Shown piece after piece: positions 22,601-33,568 of a stretch of DNA of 64,000 nt. Source of the DNA: Macrostomum hystrix (Eukaryota > Animalia > Platyhelminthes); the NCBI GenBank assembly GCA_950097015.1, contig CATNEN010000003.1, positions 3,658,001 through 3,722,000 of the forward strand, given 5' to 3'. How positions within the stretch are numbered: position 1 is the first letter of the stretch; each line of letters opens with the position of its first letter. The notes under the pieces were generated by a model. The model was not told where the DNA came from. It made no database searches and was given only the letters and a program-made list of their open reading frames with translations. The position numbers were made by a program, and so were the translations under genes.

Positions 22601-23274
22601 TTAAACTGGGATTGATAGACGTAAGAATTATTCGATTAAAGTTGTAGCTTATATAATTTTTGTCTTGGATTTCCCGTATTTCCTAGAAAAATATAACCTT
22701 TGAATAACAAGACTCGAGCTCTATACATGCTTTAAGCTTGAATGGAACCCTGAATTGACTGGCCTGGTTTTTGTTTTTGTTTTAAAAGTTTGTGTTTTTC
22801 GCTTCTTACGAGTATCAGAACCAATAAAGACCGATGAAAAATGAATACACAAACACTTCTATAAAAAGTGTGTGACTAGAAGTTTAGCAACTGATGTCAC
22901 CAAGTTAAAAAAGGTAAAATTTTAAAAGGAAAAAACTGTAATCCTAAAAATAGATTGGCTAACAATGGTCAGTGAGTCGGAAATCAAAAAGACGACTTTA
23001 CAAAGACAATGCGTCAAAAAAACAGGGAAAATCGCACAACAGCTGAAAGAAAAAAACTATAGTTTTTGTTAAAAAAAAACAACAAAAAATCGTTGCTGTC
23101 CTTTTAAACAAATAATAATAAAAAACAATCAGGCCAGGCCAGATACTTCGGTACAATTTAAATTTATAATTAAAAGTGCAGGTTATAGTCGGGGCAAGGA
23201 ATGGACAATAGGAAAGTTAGAAGCTTAGAAATTGAGAGGAAACTTAAAACAGCTAATATAGGTCTCTGTCTAGG

Positions 23275-23430
23275 TTTCTATATTGGTCATTAAAAAGTGT
23301 CTATATTAGTCATAGAAAAGTGTCTTAATTGGTCATTGTAAAGTTTCTTTATTGGTCATTGTAAAGTGTCTTTATTGGTCATAGAAAAGTGTCTTGATTG
23401 GTCATAGTAAAGTGTCTTTATTGGTCATTT
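23275..23430. repeat. Degenerate minisatellite, ~23-bp unit (ATTGGTCATTGTAAAGTGTCTTT)
   Basis: About 6-7 copies. Confidence 0.85.
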
Positions 23431-23859
23431 AGAAGTGATTACATTATTCATAAGAAATGTAAACTAGTCATAAAAACTGAGTCATGAAAGCTGTAATAAA
23501 AATGATAACTATTTATGAAAGTCATCTCCAATTGGTCACAAAGATAGGTAATCATTTTCTATCGAGTTGCTACATATATATTTTGCAGTCATTATTTTAA
23601 ACCTAGTCATGTTTACTGTTTGCATATGTAATTTACTGCATTGCACTATATTTTCTGGTCATATCATGCTTTTTTTTACTTTATAGATGTGTTTTTGCTG
23701 TCATAATTAAAAAATAATTGCAAAGCGTTTGTTACAGAATCTCGGCTACATATTTGGACTAATATTCTAGAGTAATTTAAATTTGCAGCTTGAGTCTGAC
23801 TTTAATTATTCGAAATGTAGCCTTTTTTATTTTCGTATCGGTTTATATTGTCTTTACTG

Positions 23860-24398
23860 CAGTGGTCGGCGAACTCCGGCCCGCGGGCCAGATGCGGCCC
23901 TCATCTTTCATGTGTCTCATCTCTCCCCTGCCTTATCTCTCCCACTTCTTATCTCTCCTCTCACATGTCTCATCTTATCTCTCCTCTCCAGTGTCTTATC
24001 TCTCCTCTCCCGTGTCTTATCTCTCCTCTCCCGTGTCTTATCTCTTATCTCCCGTGTCTCATCTCTCCCGTGTATTATCTTTCCTCTCCCGTGTCTCATC
24101 TTATCTCTCCTCTTCCCTGTCTTATCTCTCTTCTCCCGTGTCTCATCTCTCCCGTGTATTATCTCATCTCTCCCTGTCTTATCTCGCCCGTGTCTTCTCT
24201 CCTCTCCCGTGTCTCATCTCATCTCTCCCGTGTCTTATCTCTCCCGCGTCTCATCTCTCCCGTGTCTCGTCTCTCCCGCGCTTCGTCTCTCCCGTGTCTC
24301 ATCTCTTCACTATCTCATATTTCTACAGTCAATACGTCCCACTGTCGTCTATCGGGTTCTCTCTTTGGCCCGCTAGCTAATAAGTTTGCTGACCCCTG
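23860..24398 (+). mobile_element. hAT-type MITE with internal minisatellite
   Basis: TIRs CAGTGGTCGGCGAACT / AGTTTGCTGACCCCTG; perfect 8-bp TSD CTTTACTG (23852-23859 and 24399-24406). Confidence 0.92.
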
Positions 24399-25039
24399 CT
24401 TTACTGCAAGAATTGTTTTCCTAAAAAGAGTAAAATATAATAATTAGAAAACTATAAGCAAACATTTTTTCTATGACTTCACTTGGTACCACCTAATTTC
24501 CATCAACTATGGCCGTGAGGTTTTACAATTTCTTCTAATTGATATAAATAGCATATGATACTTCAGATAATATCTTTTTTTATTGTATAGTCGACCTTGT
24601 ACGAGCCCCGTAGTTAAAAGCAGAAGTTTGATACAATTTAATCGTAAAAGTGTAGAATTGGCCTGTTGCAAAGTCGCGTCATGCTTAATTTTACATTTCG
24701 TGTACATAAGCCAGATATACAGGTATAAAACGCAGGTACCCTGAGATCGCTAATGTAAATCACTGTGCCAGCCTGTGATCCGCCCTTAAACATAAGCCAG
24801 TAAGTACTACAGCAAAAATGGGTGCTATTCTACAAAAAATAGTTAGCTCAATCACCTGGCTCCTGTCTGATAAACTAACTGAAAGGCACAGGCGTCAACT
24901 GGAAGATCAGGCCGCTTCCAATCGACGCTTCACGATCGATTCGCAGCTGACCCAAAGGGTTGTAGGTGAGTTCGAGCCCGAGTCTTCCACCCTCTTCAGT
25001 ACCGATTTAGCTCCCTCCAACTGCTGTACTGATGCTTGA

Positions 25040-25790
25040 AAGATTCTTAAGCTGCTTGAAAGGCTAGTTCTTGGCGCCTCCTTCACGTTGAGCTGAGGAA
25101 CTCTCCGCTCTGCGCCAACCAGCGCGCCTTTCGATCCGGACGCTCCATCGAAAGTGCTCTGCTTGCAATTGTTGACAAGCTGGAGCGCGCCGTGCTTGGC
25201 ACCGGTTTCGCTCTCTCGCTTTTCCTCGACATTGATGGTGCCTTCGACAATGTGCTCTTCGAAGCCTTTAGGCGAGCCCTGGAGCGCCGGGCTGCTCACG
25301 AGCACCTCACCCGCTGAGTTATGTATATGATCTCTCATCCAACTGCCACCTCGCACCTGCTTGGCCACTCGAGCTGTGTGAAAGTCCAGAAGGGAGGCCC
25401 GCAGGGTGGCAGAGTCCGATCCTTTGGAACCTTGTCATGGACGAGCTGCTCTGCAGCCCTGACCCGAAACCTGTCCAGAAAATCGGCTATGCTGACGACG
25501 TCACCGCCACTGTGGCCGGACCGTCTCCCCCGGTCCTCAGAGACCTTTTGCAAGCGTTCATCCACCGTGCCGAGCGCTGGGCTCATAGCTGCGGCCTCAA
25601 ACTCTCTGAGTCCAAGACCGTTGCCATTATGTTCACGAGCAAATGAAACTGGAGGATTGAGCCTCTTCTTCTCTATGACAAAACCCATCGCCATGGAGAA
25701 GCAAACTAGATGCTTAGGTGTCATCCTCGACCACAGGCTGAGCTGGACACCTCACATCAAACTCAAAACTCGCAAAGCTCTCGCGACGCC
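25040..25790 (+). mobile_element. Non-LTR retrotransposon reverse-transcriptase fragment (degraded)
   Basis: FLDIDGAFDN, GGPQGG, LVMDELL, IGYADDV, LKLSESKT and LGVILDHRLSW spread over several frames. Confidence 0.9.
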
Positions 25791-26084
25791 TAAAAATTCT
25801 GGCCTCAACTTGCACGGAAAACATTAGTCATCGCTGCCTTGCGGGTCCAGTTGTTATTTCTAGAAGTCTCTGCTCCTCAGAAAGTTTACTCTACACCCAG
25901 TCCACCCATACCATGCCGGCTTCAAATGATTATTAGTGCGCAAAGCCCTAAAACTGCCCCACTCCGAATCCAAAACTGAAGGCCAGGGGAGAGAGGGTTA
26001 ACATGAGCCTATTTAAACGAAACGGTACGAGTGTACGCTCACGCCCATGTAAATGGGCTATCCTTAAGCGGGCCGGATTGCAAT

Positions 26085-26168
26085 GCTGATGATGCACAGG
26101 GCCTGAGGGCCGGATAGAGAGGCTTCGCGGGCCGGATGTGGCCCGCGGGTCGAAGTTGCCGACCCCTA
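26085..26168 (+). mobile_element. Orphan hAT right end
   Basis: CGCGGGCCGGATGTGGCCCGCGGGTCGAAGTTGCCGACCCCT; same terminal family as 23860-24398. Confidence 0.7.
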
Positions 26169-26303
26169 GTTTAAGTTATATAAAGTAGTTGGCACTCCCT
26201 TTCTTTAGATATAGCTCATAGCTCGTAAAACAACAACCCCAGACTGCAAAAATTAAAACGATTTTTTATTATTTTTATCGCAACAGACCCGGACACCGCA
26301 ACA

Positions 26304-27809
26304 ATGGCACTGACTATTCCTGCGATGGGAAATCCGTTTAGCATTGGAGCACTGTATGATAGTCAGCGAAGCCAGATCATTCCAGGAATCAAGCTGATAA
26401 CACAGCAGCAGGTAAAAGATATGCTTGTCATCACCGAAAACACAAGCATGGAAACTGATATTCTAACAGAGGAGTCCATGCAAGGCACCAGCTCAGACTT
26501 AGCACTGAAAGGCAATCTCTCGCTGTCTCTTCTGAGCGGTGCTCTTAAGGTGAACGGCTCCGGAAGTCACCAAGTGAAGTCAACAGACAAGAAGGAAACC
26601 GAGAGCGTAATTTATCGTTTAAAGGTGCACTCAAAATATGAAGAGCTCCATTTTCCTCCAGACCTGAAGCTGACGGACACAGGTCGTCTCCGCGATGCCA
26701 CGCACGTTGTGGTTGGGATCCAATACGGCGGAACTGCTCTGTTCTTCTTCGAGCGAAATAAGGAGGTCTCAACGAGCAACAGCAAAAGCAGTGGAAATCT
26801 AAGTGCTGATATCAGTACTTTTGCATCACTGGTCAGCGTCTCGGGAGCAGCTTCACTCGATGTTAGTTCTGATGTGACTAAATCCATGCAGAAGATCAGG
26901 GTAACTTACAAAGGCGACTTTCACTTGGCCAGCCCACCAACCAACTTTGTCGACGCCCTAAAGTGCATCCAGTTGATTCAGGGAGCGGAAGCTCGATCGC
27001 CTTTGACCGTCACTCTGGTTCCATTGTCGTTGCTGATCTCTGAAATTCCACCGGAACCAATGCCGCTACCGCTTAGCTTAGTGACAAAAGCTGTTGGATG
27101 CTATGAAAAACTAAACGGGGCTCTCGCCACTCTGAGCATTGTTCTTGGCAAACTGAGATCGACCTTCTGGAGCCACGTGGTTCAAAAACTAGAAGCCGAA
27201 ATGCGAGAGCTCAAATCGCTCAAGGCATCCCTGGATGACGCCGTATTTGAAACCCTGCAAAAGCGCTCTGATAGCTCTGTGGGAAAGAAACTAAATAGCC
27301 TCAACGAGAAGATTTCCTTATTCGACTCCGGATCAAAGTTCGCTCATTTGAAAGAGTGGGCAGACACGGTCCATGAAGCCGGAGATGTTCTGGTCGCGAT
27401 TTCTGAGAGGTTTCAAGCCATGGGTGCGCAGATCATCAGCGACCAGTCTGAGAGAGCCAAGTTCATTATGGGAAGCTTGACTGGCAAAAGTCGGACTCTG
27501 TACAGTCTGACATGTCCAGTTGCGATTTTTGAAATTCAAGACTTTAACCCCGCAATTGGACTGAAACTTTGGAACAATCAGAAGCAGGCGACCCAGTTCT
27601 TCTTGACATTAGCCAAGCTAATCAGTGCTAATCAGATATTAGGGAGCGATGAGGAAGCCATGTTCGAGCGACATCTGAACAAACAACAGGCCTTGTCGAA
27701 TGTGGCAGTTGAACAATCTGATACGTCGAAGACAGCCAAAAAGGAGTCTGGAATACAGCTGAGCAGCGAGACGACACTCTGGACTCTGGACGACAGTGAG
27801 GATCGATGA
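26304..27809 (+). CDS. Stonustoxin/neoverrucotoxin-type MACPF pore-forming protein, paralog 1 (intronless)
   Basis: AMGNPFSIGALYD....IIPG and ATHVVVGIQYGGTALFFF match the SNTX-family motifs (ALGRPF.LG.LYD; ATHVV..I.YGA.A.F.F), followed by a helical region. Confidence 0.85.
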   Translation: MALTIPAMGNPFSIGALYDSQRSQIIPGIKLITQQQVKDMLVITENTSMETDILTEESMQGTSSDLALKGNLSLSLLSGALKVNGSGSHQVKSTDKKETESVIYRLKVHSKYEELHFPPDLKLTDTGRLRDATHVVVGIQYGGTALFFFERNKEVSTSNSKSSGNLSADISTFASLVSVSGAASLDVSSDVTKSMQKIRVTYKGDFHLASPPTNFVDALKCIQLIQGAEARSPLTVTLVPLSLLISEIPPEPMPLPLSLVTKAVGCYEKLNGALATLSIVLGKLRSTFWSHVVQKLEAEMRELKSLKASLDDAVFETLQKRSDSSVGKKLNSLNEKISLFDSGSKFAHLKEWADTVHEAGDVLVAISERFQAMGAQIISDQSERAKFIMGSLTGKSRTLYSLTCPVAIFEIQDFNPAIGLKLWNNQKQATQFFLTLAKLISANQILGSDEEAMFERHLNKQQALSNVAVEQSDTSKTAKKESGIQLSSETTLWTLDDSEDR

Positions 27810-28952
27810 AAATTATTGTTCATTAATAATAAGTTTCGATGAACTGAAGTTTAGATACAAGTGTATTTTTAGAATTTTATTGTTTTTGCCACTTATTTTC
27901 ATTTTCAGTTTTTTTAATTATTTCTCTGTCACGTACAAGGTATTTTTGTACTTAAGTGAGAAGCGGTGAAAATGTATCTGTTATAGAAACCATTTCCTAT
28001 GAATTTATCAAACTGACTATAGATAACCATTATCAATATTTTTTCACTTTTTCAGACGATTTGTTTTCTGGAGTTTATGTTTAAGCGAATTGACTTTTCA
28101 TTAACGTCGTTTCCCTCTTACTTTTTCCGATCGACGTTTTCACATCAAAGCTCGTCATTGCTTGCTAGGCCGGGCAGTTCTACTGCGGAAGTGACGCCGA
28201 GTTAGACTATAATAATTATTTTTGCTTACATCGTTGCTGGTATAAAGTTTAGCGTGTTTTGATTTGCTTTAAAGCGTCATTTTGTTTTTATGCTTTTTTG
28301 TCTTATATAATCTATTTTTACTTTAAATGCGAATTTTTGAATGCTATATTGTTTTTAGTTGCCATACGTATGTACAGAAAAATACCTGGGGCTCGTATTA
28401 TAAGGCTTGATTTTCAACTTAAGTGCTGAAATTCGCACTGTCAAAATAGGAGCCAAGATCAGACATATCTTACGAAAGCTTTATAGTACAGGCCTCTTGC
28501 TTTTGAATGACTTTTTTAAATGTCATTTACCTAAGTGACGCTTGTTTGTGCCACACTAAAGTTCGTTGGACGCGATTTTTATGAGTTTTCATATACTATT
28601 CCTCAATATACCGATTTTTATATACTATTCCTCAATACATCCTTTTTATTTTGTTATAGTGCTGGACGCATATACTTTTGAATTCTTAGCCGCTGTTATA
28701 CTACTTTATAGCTTTCAGATCTGAATTACTGCTACGATTTTTATGATATCATTTGTTCGCCTGAAATATAATGTTTTAGAAGTTTTTAAAATGGCTATTA
28801 TAGTGTATATTATAGTATTACTTGTCTTTGCAACATCTTAAACAAATGTTTACAATGTGCCGAGGAAATAAAATGCTAGACAAGTATTTAGACCGATTCA
28901 GAGTAAAATTTATGGATTAACAATCAGCAGGAATGTCGCCAGTTCAGTGGCA

Positions 28953-30800
28953 ATGAATGCGAACCAAAATCTGTCCATTCCAGCGACGAAGAAGATGCAA
29001 GCCAAAGCGGAGTGTTTCCCATGCCTCGGCCGGCCCGTCGCCCTCGGTCAGCTGTATGATATTCGGCGAGATGAAATAATTCCGCAAAAGCTCTGGCCTG
29101 AGGAGCGCATTCGGCAGATGACGTCACGGCAGATTCAAGCACCACTCGTGAGTTTCTCGCTGGATTGTGAGTGGGACTCGCAGCAGAGAGCTGAGAAGCT
29201 AGGACTAGATGCTCAACTTCAATTCAAAATTCAGTTCAAGCTTTTTTGGTGGTCACTTTACGAAAAAACGATGACAGGATCAGCAAGGTACTATTCTGAT
29301 GCAACTTTACTTGAGACAAAGGGAAGCATCACATTGCAGTACGATGTGAAAGGAGCATTTGATGAACTCCAGTGCGTCAATGAGTACATCAGCGACCCCA
29401 AGCAGCTAGCTAGTACGAACGCAACTCACGTTGTGACCGGCATCAGGTACGGAGGCAAAGCGTTCATCGTGTGCAAGGGTTGGACGAATGTGAGCAACTT
29501 TTTCGAACAGGCCACATCCAACTGCTGTTCTTTGGTTGACTCTCATGTGCGTGACTGGATTAGAGATGCAGGTCGTTCTGTAAAAGCTCGGACTAATTCC
29601 AAAATCCCAGGCCTCTCTTTGAGAACTGAAAGTTATCAAATCGAATGCCATACAGATTTCAGGAAGCCAGACAAGCCTCTGCGTAATCCTGATGATGTTT
29701 TGGAATACTTTAGGAAGCTGGACTCCAAGGGCGCAAACACAGCCATGGAAATATATCTCACACCCCTGAGCTACTTTAGTCCCTCACTGCCTATGTCGAT
29801 CTCGATGCCAAAGACTCAACACCTGCTAGAGGCATGCGAGTACCTGCAGGCGTTGAAAGCGGGAGCCGAGCGGACAGACCTGCTCATGGGCTCGATCTGC
29901 AATGAAGCCGAGCTCAACCTCTCAATCGGTGAGACCATCTTCGGCTACAATAATCTGCTTGGCAAGCAAATTGACCGCTATATGGAAAGAATGCGTCAAA
30001 GCTTTGTGGTACATCGAACTCCAGAGGAATTCGTTGAGACTCACCTGTCAGGTAGTTTAGACAGCCTTTTTACCTTCAGCAGCTTGGACACCTCTTATGA
30101 AATGTTCGGTCGCCAAACATCGGAGCTTTGCACGCTGAGTGCTAGGCTTCGAAAGGGTACGCCGCAAGCCAGCGCAGAGGAGCTCGAGAAGCGAGCGGAA
30201 GATCTAACTAAAGAAGTAGAGGAGCTGTTTAGCCTGCACGACTCGAACAAACAGATTCTGGAGCAAGCCTCCTCTGGAAATCGTATTGTCCGGATTTTGC
30301 GCACAAGAATAGTAGAGACTGAGCGACAGGACCAGTCTTGCATCACATGGTGTATCAAGTGCCGATTGACTTGTCATGAGAATTGCGGCCTGCAAAATAA
30401 CGAAGACAAGGCACAGTGTTCCGCTATGAATAGTAGCGGCTTTTGCAACAACTGCGGCTGTCATTGGCGAATTCACAGGAACAGAAAAACTGAGCAGAGA
30501 GAGGTTGAGTACTATGAAGAAGTGGCGCTTCCGGATGTAAGCAAGAGGTATGGCGAAAGCCTGAACCAGCGAGGTGCTGAAACCCGGGTCAAGTATCACC
30601 TGGGAGTAGACGCAGAGATGACTCTGCAGAAAGCGGCCTACGGACTAGTGACCGCCTACAGGTGCTTGAAATGTCTGCACGGAGGCCTTGACTTCGACCA
30701 GTTTATCAGACAGAAAATTCAGGCAAGGCGTTTACAATCACAAGAGTCCGACCGCTTCATCCAATTAGTCAAGGCTATTCAAACTCGCGTTAAGGATTGA
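28953..30800 (+). CDS. Stonustoxin-type MACPF protein, paralog 2, with Cys/His-rich C-terminal domain (intronless)
   Basis: CLGRPVALGQLYD....IIP, ATHVVTGIRYGGKAF, IYLTPLSYF; C-terminal CIKCRLTCHENC...CSAM...CNNCGCHWRIH. First ATG at 28953. Confidence 0.85.
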   Translation: MNANQNLSIPATKKMQAKAECFPCLGRPVALGQLYDIRRDEIIPQKLWPEERIRQMTSRQIQAPLVSFSLDCEWDSQQRAEKLGLDAQLQFKIQFKLFWWSLYEKTMTGSARYYSDATLLETKGSITLQYDVKGAFDELQCVNEYISDPKQLASTNATHVVTGIRYGGKAFIVCKGWTNVSNFFEQATSNCCSLVDSHVRDWIRDAGRSVKARTNSKIPGLSLRTESYQIECHTDFRKPDKPLRNPDDVLEYFRKLDSKGANTAMEIYLTPLSYFSPSLPMSISMPKTQHLLEACEYLQALKAGAERTDLLMGSICNEAELNLSIGETIFGYNNLLGKQIDRYMERMRQSFVVHRTPEEFVETHLSGSLDSLFTFSSLDTSYEMFGRQTSELCTLSARLRKGTPQASAEELEKRAEDLTKEVEELFSLHDSNKQILEQASSGNRIVRILRTRIVETERQDQSCITWCIKCRLTCHENCGLQNNEDKAQCSAMNSSGFCNNCGCHWRIHRNRKTEQREVEYYEEVALPDVSKRYGESLNQRGAETRVKYHLGVDAEMTLQKAAYGLVTAYRCLKCLHGGLDFDQFIRQKIQARRLQSQESDRFIQLVKAIQTRVKD

Positions 30801-32126
30801 AACGACTATGAGAATCTCGCCAGACGGCACGAACGTCTTGGAGAGAATGCGGCTTCTCGAATTTTTGCTGTAGGAGCTTTCGGGACCATGAGTAGAAATT
30901 TAGGTGCCGGAAATTCGAGGCGAGATTCGGTCGAGAGAAATTCTTCCGAATGCACCATGAGTCAAACAAATCAGAAATCTCACGCGTCTCTTTTAAGTGC
31001 CTTAAACTAACTGTGACAAATTATTGAGAAATGATTTCTTCCATAGTTAGCCATATCGGGTATCAAGTATTGTTAAAATCAATTACGAACGTAGAATGAT
31101 TCGTAGAACCTTACTTAACAATATATACTTATTTAACTACACTATTTCTTGTTTGACCTGAAGTAGCTCTGTAGTATTTTACAAAGCCTTAAAACTTTTG
31201 TTCGAAAAGTTATAAACACTTACTTTTTATTTCTTTTAATGCCAGCGTTTTGTTGACAAAAAAATGGCCAAAATTGTAATACTTCTTACGCTGCATGTGT
31301 GCAGAATAAGTCTTTTTAACTACGACTCTTACCCAAATTATGTACTGCAGCTTTTTGACTACACGCATCATATACCACTGTAACTTTGTTATCATTTCAC
31401 TATAAGCTAAATTGTTTTGCTGAACCCACTGTTTCCTGACTTTGAAAGAGGAATTTAGTGGAAAAAAACAGAGTATAACAATATACTTTCTTTATTTCAT
31501 TTTTCCATAACAAGTTTTTTTTGTTCAAAGTCACAATATAAAAAATTAAAAATTCTAAAACACTAGCCGGTGTTTTTATGGCAAGATTAGAATGCGGGAA
31601 GAATATTGCTGGTTATAACAGTTTTTATTTCTTCTAGTTTGTGACTACCACAGATACTATAATAACTACGAGTATAATAGTTATGATAGTATCTGTGTAT
31701 CTGTTATTATAGTATCTGTGGTCTTCACAAAAGAATGTATTTTCTCTAAAGAACTTCAAAGGAATCATTCTCACTTAACACCAAAGTTTTGCCAGATTTT
31801 GCCATAGACTAAATATTAATTTTGATAAGTTTTTCGTTTGTCTAAGCTTTTCAAGTGGGGACTCCACCTCCATATCCACACCCCGCAAAGAGGCTGTACG
31901 CCCCGTTGAACCCGCTGTATTTTTTCCATAGACATTCTTACCGGGCCGTGAAACCGACTGAAAGCATAGAACTCAGAGCGATTTTTCCATAGAAAGTCTA
32001 AGCGGCCGTGAAACGCGTTTCACGCCCGCTAACTACAACACGAATATGGATAGGCTAGGTATCGAGGTAAAACGTGCAGCCTATTAGTATTTATATATTA
32101 TCTCTCGTGTTTTTTTCTGTAAAGTC

Positions 32127-32395
32127 GAGGAGGTCGACTTGAAGGTCGGGGGTTCGATTCCCGACTTTGCTGGAACAATGTGTGTCCTTTAGCAAGACAT
32201 TAATTCTAGATTGCTTTAGTTCACCCAGCTGTTAAACGGGTACCTGCATCAGCTGGGATAATTGAGGGTGTGGCGTCCGCCCCAGTCCATGAACTGAACA
32301 GCAGTACGCAGCCTCCGCGCAATAGCTGCGGCTGTGCTGTCGGCTGCAAATCTGGCCCAATTGGGCCAGGTGTAACCAATAACGATAATTATTAA
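32127..32395 (+). mobile_element. CORE-like SINE, family A
   Basis: B box, core and 3' hairpin colinear with 63142-63448. Confidence 0.85.
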
Positions 32396-32480
32396 TATAA
32401 TAAAGTATCTCTAATCTCTTCCGTGTCTCTTCTATCCTGTCAATTCTGTGTTTTTTACTTCTCCATTCCGGAAAACCAAC

Positions 32481-32927
32481 CTTATTAATCAGACAGTTCA
32501 CAGTTCGAACAGCGAATTGCGCAGCCAGTCTAATAATTAGACCAATCAAGGACTCAACAGTTTCCAGAGACCGCCGAATCAGATGCTCCGGTTCCAGTAG
32601 CAGCAGCACGGCTAGCCTAGCCAGGGAGGCTGTGACAACCGACGCGCCGAGATATTTAAGTAACCTCAAAGCGCGTTGAATACGGCCATCGTCTATGGTA
32701 AAACCATCATTGACGGCTTTTTCGCGCTTTCGACTATTAGCAGTGCTAGCAGCAACAACTACCGGAGCAAAAAAGCGATCAGCATTACTCTGAGAAGTAT
32801 GGACAGTTCTAAAATAGGTAACCGCCGCAACAGATGCAGTTGTTACTGATAATAAACTGCGCCATTTGTAAGAATTGTTTGTCGACCATCGGGTAAAGAA
32901 TTTCGCCCAACGGCTTGTTAGAATCAT
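32481..32927 (-). CDS. Uncharacterised protein, first coding exon (mitochondrial-presequence-like N-terminus, hydrophobic segment)
   Basis: Acceptor ctttcag 9 nt before the ATG and candidate donor AAG|gttggt at 32480. Downstream exon not identified; the ORF-track extension runs into a SINE. Confidence 0.5.
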
Positions 32928-33568
32928 CGTAGATGACTGAAAGTGTTTGTTAAAACAAAATTTAATTAGGTTTGACTTGAATTACAATTTTAGACTCATT
33001 TGCAATGATTTCCGTAATCGGTAAGTTAATGTGACCAGTAACTAGTACCCAACCGTGTAATCCATTCGACTAAGACGAAAATAACCAAGACAATGTGAGG
33101 CAAAAGAAATTTTCTGGGAAATCATTTAGTTTAACAAATCTTGAAAGCGTTTCTTGCTCGTCCTCAAACTTTAGCTTTAATTGTTTGTTTAATTTACAGG
33201 AAATCATTGCAAATAGTCTTGAATTATATTAAAAGTGACAGTTTTCGGTCTTATAAAAAAATTATCAACAAAAAACTAATGAACGCGTGAGCTAGAAAAA
33301 ATGGAGCATTGAAGAATGACAATTGCGGTTATATTATTGTATTATTCAATTCTGAATGATAAAACTAGAATTTAAGATCACAGACTAACAAGTTTTTACA
33401 GAACTTGACACAAGACATGTACTTTTAGTGGCGAAAAATAGCATATATTCAATCAAATCCACACAAGTTCGACTAGATGACAAATAATAGAATTATTCAT
33501 CAACAAAAATCTGTCAATTTTCTTTGATTGTCAGATCCACTTCAGTTATCAATTGTAGCAACTGTGGA

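Noticed and set aside
16922-26168. One large composite hAT element spanning the left end at 16922 and the right end at 26168
   Set aside because: The flanking 8-mers do not match, so there is no TSD support.
31790-32030. Recurrent CCATAGAC / TTTTTCCATAGA motif (also near 16870, 49440, 55535)
   Set aside because: Probably a dispersed transposon remnant, but ends and TSD could not be defined.
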